Position numbers and translations under genes: made by a program. DNA of 64,000 nucleotides from Taibaiella sp. (lineage in GTDB: Bacteria; Bacteroidota; Bacteroidia; Chitinophagales; Chitinophagaceae), in the NCBI GenBank assembly GCA_013815385.1, contig JACDGL010000012.1, positions 18,019 to 82,018 on the forward strand, in the 5' to 3' direction. Every line of letters starts with the position of its first letter. Position 1 is the stretch's first letter. Under the pieces are notes generated by a model. It was given only the letters and a program-made list of their open reading frames with translations. It was not told where the DNA came from and searched no databases. Positions 55,816 through 64,000 of the stretch are shown piece after piece.

Positions 55816-57747
55816 ATGTATATCCGGCGACAAACCATATTCCTGTTTTTATTGTTCGCGGTATTCCGTTCCTTGGCGCAGCAGCCTGAAACGGATAAGA
55901 AACTCCCTGCCCGTATCCTTATCCTGCTTGATGAATCATCGAGCATGGTAGAAAACTGGGGCGCTAATAAGCCACGGTACAAAGCAGCAGGTGAAGTGAT
56001 ATTGCATCTGATGGACAGCATTTACACAATAGATCCTGATGTAGAGTTTGGCCTTCGCGTATTTGGCCACCAGTTTACCGTACCGGAGCATAATTGCTAT
56101 GATACCAGGCGCGAGGTAATGTTCAGCAAAGACAACCGCACACAAATGATGCTGCGCCTTGCGGATATACATCCGCTGGGGGTAACGCCTATCGCCTACG
56201 CACTAAAGGAAGCTGCGGAGAATGATATGACCGATGAAACCCGATACGCCTACAGCATAGTGTTGATAACAGACGGCGGGGAAAGCTGCGGCGGTGATAT
56301 TTGCGATGTAGTAAAAAAGCTGCTTGAGAAAAAGATATACTTTAAACCATACATTGTAAGTCTGGTAGATTATGCCCCCCTGCGTACTGAATACGCCTGT
56401 CTTGGCCATTATCTGCAGGCGACTACTGAAAAGGAAATGGTGACTACGATCGATTCTATAGTTAAAGCATTTACTCCTGCGCTGACACTTACTCCTAAGC
56501 AATACCAGAAATTTATAGAAACAGGGGTACCGCCTGCCATATCATCCATACCTGTACCACGTATCTCCTCATCGCCCAGGGTAGAGGTAACAAAGACTAT
56601 AAATGTGCCGTCTGTTATAACTGCACCTGAGCCACCGCCGCATGTTTCCATCAATACTATTGCGTTTTCATTACAGAGGCCCTTACCGGGTGCAAGCTAT
56701 GTGCCACCTTACTTTGCTCCGGTTCGTATACCGGGTGTTGTGTTGCCAGCAAGAGCGCCTGAACTGATACCTGCAATTAATACAAAGCAACCAAAGCCGG
56801 TAATAATAGCTAACACCAAACAGGATATAACCCCAAAAACAATTGAGGGAACTATAGCCCAGCCGCCTGTACCTAAGCCAGTCCCATTGCCGCCGGCACC
56901 TAAACCCAAACCAGTAGTTGTAGCTCCAAAACCTAAGCCAAAAACCGTAGCAGTAACCACACCACCTAAGAAAGAAGAAAAATTTATTCCATACGGAATA
57001 TCGAGTACTGATGCCAAAGAAACTATTGTAGAAATATTTTTAGAAGACGGTAAGGGCAATTTTTTCAGTAGCACCCCGCAAATGGCATTTATCGATCCGC
57101 ACACAGGTAATACTGTAAAAACATTTTATCGAACCCTGGATGGTAATAGATACCCAGATCCACAAAATGTGCCACCAGGTACTTATAATCTGATGTTTCT
57201 TAAAAGTAAGCGTGTTGCAAAAGGTATCGTAATTGAGGCCAATAAACATAATGATGTTATATTAACACTTCACAACGGCTCCCTTAGTTTTGCCTATCCA
57301 AATCCTGACCGTCCGGTAAGTGAATTTACCGCCATTGTGACGCATAGGGAAATGGGCGGAAAGCAAATAAAACAGAATTGCACCGCTGTGCTAGAATATG
57401 AACCCGGCAATTACCATATATCTGTAAACACGATGCCCCCTAAGGAATTTAATGTGGATCTGGACCTGGATAATGAAACCGTTATCCCTATACCGGAGCC
57501 CGGCTATATACAGTTCACGAATACTAATCCCCTGGGTAAGGTGCAGCTTTACTGTGTATTGGGCGACCAGTTTTTGAAGTTTTATACAATGGATATCAGC
57601 GGTGCGCCCGGTACACAAAAACTACAATTGCTACCGGGTTTATACAAGGTGCATTTTCCTAAGAATGCTAAAATGCCAACCCTATCTGAATCAGTATTGG
57701 ATTTCAGGGTAGACAGCAACCAAACCACTGAACTGGAAATAAAATAA
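55816..57747 (+). CDS. von Willebrand factor type A (vWA) domain protein with a Pro/Lys-rich linker
   Basis: 643 aa with a signal peptide and MIDAS-type ILILLDESSSM...TPIAYAL...LITDGGESCGG. The linker reads PVPKPVPLPPAPKPKPVVVAPKPKPK and is followed by a beta-rich C-terminal region. Confidence 0.8.
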   Translation: MYIRRQTIFLFLLFAVFRSLAQQPETDKKLPARILILLDESSSMVENWGANKPRYKAAGEVILHLMDSIYTIDPDVEFGLRVFGHQFTVPEHNCYDTRREVMFSKDNRTQMMLRLADIHPLGVTPIAYALKEAAENDMTDETRYAYSIVLITDGGESCGGDICDVVKKLLEKKIYFKPYIVSLVDYAPLRTEYACLGHYLQATTEKEMVTTIDSIVKAFTPALTLTPKQYQKFIETGVPPAISSIPVPRISSSPRVEVTKTINVPSVITAPEPPPHVSINTIAFSLQRPLPGASYVPPYFAPVRIPGVVLPARAPELIPAINTKQPKPVIIANTKQDITPKTIEGTIAQPPVPKPVPLPPAPKPKPVVVAPKPKPKTVAVTTPPKKEEKFIPYGISSTDAKETIVEIFLEDGKGNFFSSTPQMAFIDPHTGNTVKTFYRTLDGNRYPDPQNVPPGTYNLMFLKSKRVAKGIVIEANKHNDVILTLHNGSLSFAYPNPDRPVSEFTAIVTHREMGGKQIKQNCTAVLEYEPGNYHISVNTMPPKEFNVDLDLDNETVIPIPEPGYIQFTNTNPLGKVQLYCVLGDQFLKFYTMDISGAPGTQKLQLLPGLYKVHFPKNAKMPTLSESVLDFRVDSNQTTELEIK

Positions 57748-58187
57748 TGGGAGGCAACATCACCATACAGGAAGTAGTTTATCAGTCACCCGATTATTAT
57801 AAGGTATGGCAGGTGCGTGAAGATGTGTTGCGCATTCCTATCGGCTTGTCATTAAAAGACGAAGATCTTAGCGATGATGCAGAAGATATAACACTGGCAG
57901 TAAAAGATGGGGAGGAGGTAATAGGCTGTGTAATGCTGAAGCCAAAAGATAGCAGCACTATCAAACTCCGGCAAATGGCAATAGTACCTTCCTGGCAGGG
58001 TAAAGGCATAGGAAGGCAATTAATTAGCGAGGCAGAGCGAATAGCCAGCGCAAAGGGATTTGGCAAAATAATATTGCACGCACGTATTACCGCTGTAAAT
58101 TTCTATAGTAAAGAGGCCTACATGATCACCGGCAAACAGTTTACAGAAGTAGGCATACCGCATATTGCTATGTACAAAACTCTATAG
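57747..58187 (+). CDS. GNAT family N-acetyltransferase
   Basis: 146 aa. LRQMAIVPSWQGKGIGRQLISEAE is the acetyl-CoA motif A (Q/RxxGxG). The start overlaps the vWA gene stop. Confidence 0.87.
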   Translation: MGGNITIQEVVYQSPDYYKVWQVREDVLRIPIGLSLKDEDLSDDAEDITLAVKDGEEVIGCVMLKPKDSSTIKLRQMAIVPSWQGKGIGRQLISEAERIASAKGFGKIILHARITAVNFYSKEAYMITGKQFTEVGIPHIAMYKTL

Positions 58188-58614
58188 GTATTATCACCGC
58201 AGTCGAAAATTTTATAACGCAGGGGCTATAGTATATTTCCTAAATAATTATAAGTTCTAATTTTTTTGTTATTGGCTTTAAGAGACCTGAAACCTGCTGT
58301 ACAAATCACTTTGTAGAAATGAATAGTTGGTTAATTAATTGCCATATAGGTATTTTTTATGCGCAGTTGGATCTTCACTATTTTATATGATTAATTATTT
58401 TAGCTAAATATAATCCTATGCATACGCCTACAATAGCTCCTATAAAAAATATAATAAAATGTTTTAGCTTATTCATTTGTAGTATGTTTATTTTCCTGCT
58501 GCACTTCTACCATAAGACTCAGTAAATTGCAGAAGCTATTCCTCCAATAGCAGCGCTTAAAAAACGCTTGTTACACCAGCAGGCAATACATAGAGCTGCA
58601 AATACATTATTGTA

Positions 58615-58767
58615 ATTTGAAGGTGTAGTTTTGTCTGAAATGTTGCATATTGCTATTATATTAAGCCAAAAGATAGCAGTACTATTAAGCTCCGACAATA
58701 TACAACAAGCATAGAAAATTTTGACAAAGTACTATTGATACTTAAACGCACAAAGGATTATGGCTAA
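58615..58767 (+). pseudogene. decayed fragment of a GNAT paralogue (copy of part of 57747..58187)
   Basis: The 17-nt exact match AAGCCAAAAGATAGCAG occurs at about 57941 and 58663. In frame the fragment reads ..VAYCYYIKPKDSSTIKLRQ.., against VIGCVMLKPKDSSTIKLRQ in the intact gene. It then skips the QGKGIG acetyl-CoA loop and resumes with FDKVLLILKR against FGKIILHARI. There is an in-frame TGA at about 58636. Confidence 0.5.
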
Positions 58768-59683
58768 TAAAGTTGTTATTTATTTAAAATTATTAAAAAG
58801 CGCAGGCTCGGAATTTATAGATGATGACGCAACAAAACTCAGCGCATCGCTTGCATACTACACTATATTTTCAATAGCACCGCTGCTGCTGGTTCTGATA
58901 ACGCTGATCAGTGTTTTTTTTAAAGATATCAGCACCCAGTTCCAGGACCAGATACAAACCCTGATAGGCAGAAATGGTGCAGAGCAATTGTTTGCTATTC
59001 TTAATAACATACGCCACCAGGGCCATACAAAAATTGTAGGTATCATAGGGGGCATAGTGCTGGTATTTGGCGCTACCGGGGTATTTACAGAGATACAAAG
59101 TTCCATTAATTACATATGGTCTATACGCGCGAAGCCAAAAAATAGCTGGGTAAAATATCTTACAAACCGCTTTCTCTCTTTTTCGCTCATCATAGGCATG
59201 GGCTTTTTGCTTATTGTATCCCTGTTTATAAATACATTGCTTGATCTGATGACCGGCAGGCTGAAACATTTTTTCGGCGATGCTGATGTGATACTGGTGC
59301 AGATAGTAAGCCTGACTACCCTTTTTGTGGTTATCACTTTCCTGTTTGCCGTTATTTATAAAATACTACCCGATGCACGTATCCACTGGCGCGATGCACT
59401 GGTGGGCGCCAGCTTTACCGGTATATTGTTTCTGATAGGCAAGTTCCTTATCAGCTACTACCTTGCCAAGTCCAAGCTGGATAGCACCTACGGCGCTGCT
59501 GCATCTATCATTATCATACTCTCCTGGGTCTACTATTCATCCCTCATCCTCTACTTTGGGGCAGAGTTTACAAAGGTGTATGCACTACAGGTTGGTAAGG
59601 GTATCTCGCCCTATAGCACAGCCGTATTTATCATAAAAAGGGAAGCAAAGGAACTAAAAAATTCATCAGGTCCTGACCTATGA
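58760..59683 (+). CDS. YihY/virulence factor BrkB family membrane protein
   Basis: 307 aa. KLSASLAYYTIFSIAPLLLVLI and multiple TM helices fit the family N-terminal signature. Confidence 0.87.
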   Translation: MANKVVIYLKLLKSAGSEFIDDDATKLSASLAYYTIFSIAPLLLVLITLISVFFKDISTQFQDQIQTLIGRNGAEQLFAILNNIRHQGHTKIVGIIGGIVLVFGATGVFTEIQSSINYIWSIRAKPKNSWVKYLTNRFLSFSLIIGMGFLLIVSLFINTLLDLMTGRLKHFFGDADVILVQIVSLTTLFVVITFLFAVIYKILPDARIHWRDALVGASFTGILFLIGKFLISYYLAKSKLDSTYGAAASIIIILSWVYYSSLILYFGAEFTKVYALQVGKGISPYSTAVFIIKREAKELKNSSGPDL

Positions 59684-61126
59684 TCCTTTCTTTGCAAATT
59701 GCCTGATGGCCTTAATTGAAATAAACCGGAATATGAACATCAGCGTAATACATATAGCTCCAAATACTGCCATCTGCACCATCCAGTTATAGGGCTTGTA
59801 CGTAACCAGGTAAGCAACGCCTATTATCAGCAGTAAAAAACCTGCGTGTGCGCCCATCCACTTTACATTCTTAGCCAGGTGGAACACTTTTGTACAAACA
59901 ATGATGGCTGCTACTGCTACAAATGTTTCCGTAATGAAAGTGGTAATGGCTGCACCTAAAGCCTGTTGCCTGGGTATAAGGTAGAAATTGAGGATAAGGG
60001 TAATTGCTACAGCAGCGCCGGCTATCCGGTTCATCAGCTTTAGGTTACCATTAGCAGTAAGCAGGGTAGTGTAGATGTAGATCATGCACCAGGCGGGAAA
60101 GGACGCCATCAGCCAGCCAAATATAAGGCTATCCCTACCAGTTGCAGCTGGGTAAAGCAGGTGCATAATGGGACTGCCAAAAAATACAGATGCTACCGCC
60201 AGCATCAGCGATACAGGCAGCAGCAGATCTACACACAATCTTACAATCGCCTGTATATTCTGTTTTTGTATCAGCATACGCCCAAATAACGGCAGCAACA
60301 TAGTAGCAAACATCAGCCCGAACATATTGGATACATCCAGCAGGCGGTAAGAATGCGCGTACAACCCAGCCTCCGCTTTACCCTCGCTGCCGCACAGCCG
60401 TTCTATCATGGTGCTATCGGCGCGTATATATATAGACATGAGGAAAGTAAGCAGCGCATAAGGAAGGCTTTGCTTTATGATAGCCAGAATATCAGGCAGG
60501 TGGAACGACATACGCATGCGGATAGGGTGTATCCGGCGAAGCACGTACAAGGCGATGATGCAGGCTATAAAGTAGCACCCTATCTGCGCCATTATGAACC
60601 ATTCTATTTTAAAACGATGCGCAGTAGCGGGATAGTAAAGCAGAAATCCACATACAATGATCATCAGCAGCCTGTCTGAAATAGAAAGCAAACCATCCGT
60701 TTTGAACCGGTGCAGGGCAGCTACATTGCTTCTTATAAACTGAAGCAGCATATTGAGCCCCTGTATGAGTAAAATACCTGATAGAAGCACCAGCATCCAG
60801 CCACGATAGCCAATTATATATCCGCCCAGGTATACGATACCTGCATATAATACCATAAGCACCATGCGTGCGGATAGCATTGTGGGGAAAAGGTCGGTGA
60901 GCTTATCGGGGTTCTGGGCTATAGTGCGGCTATTGTAGCTGGTAAGCCCGAAATCAAGTATTATCTGGAAGATAATACACCAGTTGAGCAGCGGAGCATA
61001 GGACCCGTACGCTTCCTGTCCTACCCGGTTTTGTACTGTACGGTCTATAAAAAAGACCCATATTGGCTTTACCAATACGTTCACAGCTACAATGAATAGT
61101 ATATTCTTAACAAAAAAACGGCGCAT
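59678..61126 (-). CDS. oligosaccharide/polysaccharide flippase (MOP/Wzx-like) family protein
   Basis: 482 aa, with about 12-14 hydrophobic segments. It is adjacent and divergent to a glycosyltransferase. Confidence 0.78.
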   Translation of the reverse strand: MRRFFVKNILFIVAVNVLVKPIWVFFIDRTVQNRVGQEAYGSYAPLLNWCIIFQIILDFGLTSYNSRTIAQNPDKLTDLFPTMLSARMVLMVLYAGIVYLGGYIIGYRGWMLVLLSGILLIQGLNMLLQFIRSNVAALHRFKTDGLLSISDRLLMIIVCGFLLYYPATAHRFKIEWFIMAQIGCYFIACIIALYVLRRIHPIRMRMSFHLPDILAIIKQSLPYALLTFLMSIYIRADSTMIERLCGSEGKAEAGLYAHSYRLLDVSNMFGLMFATMLLPLFGRMLIQKQNIQAIVRLCVDLLLPVSLMLAVASVFFGSPIMHLLYPAATGRDSLIFGWLMASFPAWCMIYIYTTLLTANGNLKLMNRIAGAAVAITLILNFYLIPRQQALGAAITTFITETFVAVAAIIVCTKVFHLAKNVKWMGAHAGFLLLIIGVAYLVTYKPYNWMVQMAVFGAICITLMFIFRFISIKAIRQFAKKGS

Positions 61127-61184
61127 CCCTACTTATTTCCTCTCTGTATGAAGCTGTAAAATTATATTTTTGCGGCCAACCCGT

Positions 61185-62306
61185 ATGCGTATAGCCGTAA
61201 ATACAAGATTATTATTAAAAGGAAAGCTGGAAGGCATAGGCTGGTTTACTTACCAGACGCTGGAGCGGATGGTACGCAGCCACCCGGAACATGAGTTTAT
61301 TTTCTTTTTCGACCGGCCATATGACCCATCATTTGTGTTTGCCCCAAACGTTACCCCGGTAGTAGTGCACCCACAGGCGCGCCATCCTATACTTTTTTAT
61401 ATTTGGTTCGACTGGAGCATACCGCGTTTGTTGAAGAAGTACAAGGCAGATCTGTTCCTTTCGCAGGATGGATTTCTATCGCTACGTACCAAAGTGCCCC
61501 AATGCCTCGTGATACACGACCTCGCGTTTGAGCATTATCCAAGGCATTTCCCACTCAGCCATCTTTTATATTGGCGGCGGTATTCGCCACTATTTGCACG
61601 CAAGGCTACCCGTATAGCAACTGTATCCACCTATTCCAAAGAAGACATTATAAAACACTATGGCATACCGGCTGAAAAGATAGATGTGGTGTATAACGGT
61701 GCGCACGACGAGTATCACCCACTGGGGTGGGAAGAACGGGAAGCTGTAAAAAAGGAATATGCGGACGGCTGTGAATACTTTGTATTTGCAGGCGCATTGC
61801 ACCCACGCAAAAATATTGTCAACCTGCTCAAGGCGTTCATTGCTTTTAAAAAGCGCCAGCATACCAATATGAAGCTGGTAATAGCAGGCCGCATGGCGTG
61901 GAAGTACGATGAGGTAGTGCAGCTAAAGGAAAGCATGCCGTTTAAGGACGATGTGAAGTGGGTAGGCTATATGAACGTAGATGAATTATCGAAGGTGATA
62001 GGCGGGGCTTATGCGTTAGCTTATACTTCGCTGTTCGAAGGGTTTGGCATTCCTATACTGGAAGCATTGCAGTGTAATGTGCCGGCCATTGTCAGCAATA
62101 CCTCAGCTATGCCCGAAGTAGCGGGCGCTGCTGCGCTGCTGGTGAACCCTGCAGATGTGCAGGATATAGCGGACAAGATGCTACAGCTGTATAAGGATGA
62201 GCACCTGCGTGCCCGCCTGGTAGCTGCCGCGCCTGCACAGGTTGCTAAATATAGTTGGGACCTCTCAGCCGCCAAACTGTGGGAATGTATGATGAAATGT
62301 ATATAA
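61185..62306 (+). CDS. family 4 (GT-B) glycosyltransferase
   Basis: The sixth codon of the track ORF (61170..62306) is Met and begins MRIAVNTRLL. The C-terminal EGFGIPILEALQCNVPAIVSN is the GT4 E-x7-E region. Coordinates follow the ORF track; my hand count of the printed bases here differed by 1 nt. Confidence 0.83.
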   Translation: MRIAVNTRLLLKGKLEGIGWFTYQTLERMVRSHPEHEFIFFFDRPYDPSFVFAPNVTPVVVHPQARHPILFYIWFDWSIPRLLKKYKADLFLSQDGFLSLRTKVPQCLVIHDLAFEHYPRHFPLSHLLYWRRYSPLFARKATRIATVSTYSKEDIIKHYGIPAEKIDVVYNGAHDEYHPLGWEEREAVKKEYADGCEYFVFAGALHPRKNIVNLLKAFIAFKKRQHTNMKLVIAGRMAWKYDEVVQLKESMPFKDDVKWVGYMNVDELSKVIGGAYALAYTSLFEGFGIPILEALQCNVPAIVSNTSAMPEVAGAAALLVNPADVQDIADKMLQLYKDEHLRARLVAAAPAQVAKYSWDLSAAKLWECMMKCI

Positions 62307-62376
62307 CGCTTACCAACGCAGTACAGGTTTATCCTGTCTTAAAGGTGTGTTCACTCATTGGTTATAATATACGGAT

Positions 62377-63552
62377 ATGAAATACGTTGTAATCCTTTGT
62401 TGCGTTTTCTCTGCTACCGTCACAGCGCAGGTAAAAAATATATCTTTCAATTTTAACCAGATCAGTTGCCAGACTGTTCCTTCTTCGCTGATAGGGCAGG
62501 ATATTTACTTCTACCGGCCTAACCCCATGTTCACCGGTAAGCAACCCGATGCTGATACACTGATGCAGGGATTTATATCTGAAAGAACCACCCCTATCAA
62601 TTCTGCTATTCCGGCTGAGTATGTAGGACGCATAAAGGAGGGTGGATGGTCGCTCTTCGATAACTATACCGGCAGCATAAAGCCTTACGATTATGCAGCA
62701 GACCCCAAAACGTATGTCTATCGGCCGGCGCTTGGAGTCAGCAATATGAAACACCTACTACTGTTCTCTACTTATTCCTCATTTGCAAACAGGCTCTTTA
62801 CAATAGTTAACTGTACCGATTCCGTTACCAATGGGGGGCATGGCTGCCTCTTTGCTTTTACGCTAAAAGATGACAAAGGGGAGCTCCTTCACTGGTCGGT
62901 AGATTCACACCTGGTAGGGTATTTCAGTGTCTGTTTCAAGAGCTATATCAACTATCTTAAAGAAACCTATTCCGGCAAAAAGTTTTATCTCAAAAGAGAA
63001 TCAGGAATTCCAGTGGTCTTTTTTAACCCGCTTGATAAAATGACCTATGCTCCGGCACCCGGTGAAGAATGGAACTGTAGTGACATGACCCTGCTTAATG
63101 ACCCGGGAAAATTCTTTCCCTACATTACCCTGCTTTTCCAGGTGGGTGAAAAGACGATATCGGTGATACCCGATAATCAAAAACTTGCTACAGAACCGCT
63201 ACGTATTAATGCCTTGTGGACGCCTGAACAATATGCAGACTATAAAGCAATAGAAAAAATAAGGCACGATTCGCTTACCAAAGCACGCAATGCGCAGGAA
63301 AAGCTGGTAATGAAAAAACAGGCTGCCCACGCCGCCGAAGTACTAAACAAATATGGAAAGGTATATGGCCGGTACATATTACGTGGCGAAGTTGCTAAAG
63401 GCATGACGCGCACCATGTGCATAGCTGCATGGGGCGATCTGGCCAATGCCACAAAAGGCACTGCGCAGGGTCATGAAATAGAACTGTGGGAGTATAGCCG
63501 ATACCGCTGGCTGCGCTTCAATGACGGCAAACTGGAATACTACAACGAATAG
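62377..63552 (+). CDS. hypothetical secreted protein
   Basis: 391 aa with signal MKYVVILCCVFSATVTAQ. The C-terminal GMTRTMCIAAWG...ELWEY..WLRFNDGKL resembles a BamE/SmpA-like motif, but this is a weak match. Confidence 0.55.
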   Translation: MKYVVILCCVFSATVTAQVKNISFNFNQISCQTVPSSLIGQDIYFYRPNPMFTGKQPDADTLMQGFISERTTPINSAIPAEYVGRIKEGGWSLFDNYTGSIKPYDYAADPKTYVYRPALGVSNMKHLLLFSTYSSFANRLFTIVNCTDSVTNGGHGCLFAFTLKDDKGELLHWSVDSHLVGYFSVCFKSYINYLKETYSGKKFYLKRESGIPVVFFNPLDKMTYAPAPGEEWNCSDMTLLNDPGKFFPYITLLFQVGEKTISVIPDNQKLATEPLRINALWTPEQYADYKAIEKIRHDSLTKARNAQEKLVMKKQAAHAAEVLNKYGKVYGRYILRGEVAKGMTRTMCIAAWGDLANATKGTAQGHEIELWEYSRYRWLRFNDGKLEYYNE

Positions 63553-63555
63553 CTG

Positions 63556-64000
63556 CTATAGGTGCAGGTACTGTGCCTGCACTTCTTCGCCGTAGAAGAT
63601 GCTTGCATGCCTGTTGAAATCTGCCGCATCATCGGTGGTATAGAATTGACGGTTGCCACCGCTACTTAGCATACCCGAAAGTTCTGTATGTTTTTCAAGG
63701 TATCGTTCCAGGCTGTTGGCAACTATATCGCCCTGTGCTATTACATTTATGTTCGTTGGCAGGTGTTTTTTTATCTTATCCATCAGCAGCGGGTAGTGGG
63801 TACAGGCCAGCAGCACGGTATCTATACCAGGCGCACTGGTCAGTAGTTCGTCCAGGTATTGTTTTACAAAGTAGTCTGCCCCTTCGCTTTCATATTCTCC
63901 ATACTCCACTATAGGCACCCACATAGGGCATGCCTGTGGATGCACCATTATGTCAGGGAAGAAATTATTGATCTCTATCTCATAAGACCTTGATAGTATA
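63556..64000 (-). CDS. murI: glutamate racemase, with the N-terminus beyond the right window edge
   Basis: LLACTHYPLL is the second catalytic-Cys motif. Hand translation shows the frame stays open upstream of the track Met (..SRSYEIEINNFFPDIMVHPQACPMWVPIVE) to base 64000. Confidence 0.87.
   Translation of the reverse strand, partial: ILSRSYEIEINNFFPDIMVHPQACPMWVPIVEYGEYESEGADYFVKQYLDELLTSAPGIDTVLLACTHYPLLMDKIKKHLPTNINVIAQGDIVANSLERYLEKHTELSGMLSSGGNRQFYTTDDAADFNRHASIFYGEEVQAQYLHL

Noticed and set aside
61169-61201. An apparent 1-nt disagreement between my hand count of the printed bases and the ORF-track frame of the glycosyltransferase, which would suggest a frameshift.
   Set aside because: All flanking anchors (61126, 61590, 61862, 62306) agree with the track. 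This is most likely my own reading error, so I used the track frame and claim no frameshift.
1-64000. A search by eye for tRNA, rRNA, CRISPR, integrase, transposase or phage structural genes.
   Set aside because: I recognised none. The intergenic regions are short, apart from 13000-13430 (riboswitch leader), 49620-49996, 51264-51866 and 58188-58759, all discussed above.

Overview
This is a 64-kb chromosomal segment that looks like a Bacteroidota genome (Chitinophagaceae/Sphingobacteriia-like). The gene content points that way: T9SS components PorP/SprF and PorQ, both type A and type B T9SS C-terminal sorting domains, and a lipoprotein TamL next to TamB. I call about 55 tightly packed protein genes, mostly housekeeping and envelope functions. 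They include pdxJ, pdxA, thyA-folA, clpX, fabI, lpxH, pepA, murI, TamB/TamL, polysaccharide genes, and a trans-sulfuration enzyme plus hom behind a SAM-I riboswitch. I found no rRNA, tRNA, CRISPR array, transposase or integrase. Five things stand out. (1) My best candidate for an undescribed system is an AT-rich ~2.2-kb insertion between lpxH and a MerR/B12-like regulator. It carries a 25-codon scar of a vsr gene and an orphan three-gene cassette: a 64-aa Zn-ribbon protein, a 255-aa HNH_2 nuclease and a 107-aa acidic protein, with no methyltransferase. Next to it lies a 270-bp array of GGAAGTTT motifs. (2) An AmgK-like kinase is fused to a RapZ C-terminal domain and sits in an apparent operon with sixA and lpxH. 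(3) A 2416-aa T9SS adhesin has 14 PKD repeats and 15 near-identical 76-aa four-Cys repeats, followed by its PorP/SprF partner. (4) Two tandem beta-barrel OMP paralogues carry His/Met-rich, acidic and Lys-rich C-terminal tails. (5) A decayed GNAT paralogue lies in an AT-rich spacer. All functional calls rest on motif recognition by eye, since no searches were run. Coordinates of non-ORF features may be off by 1-2 nt.
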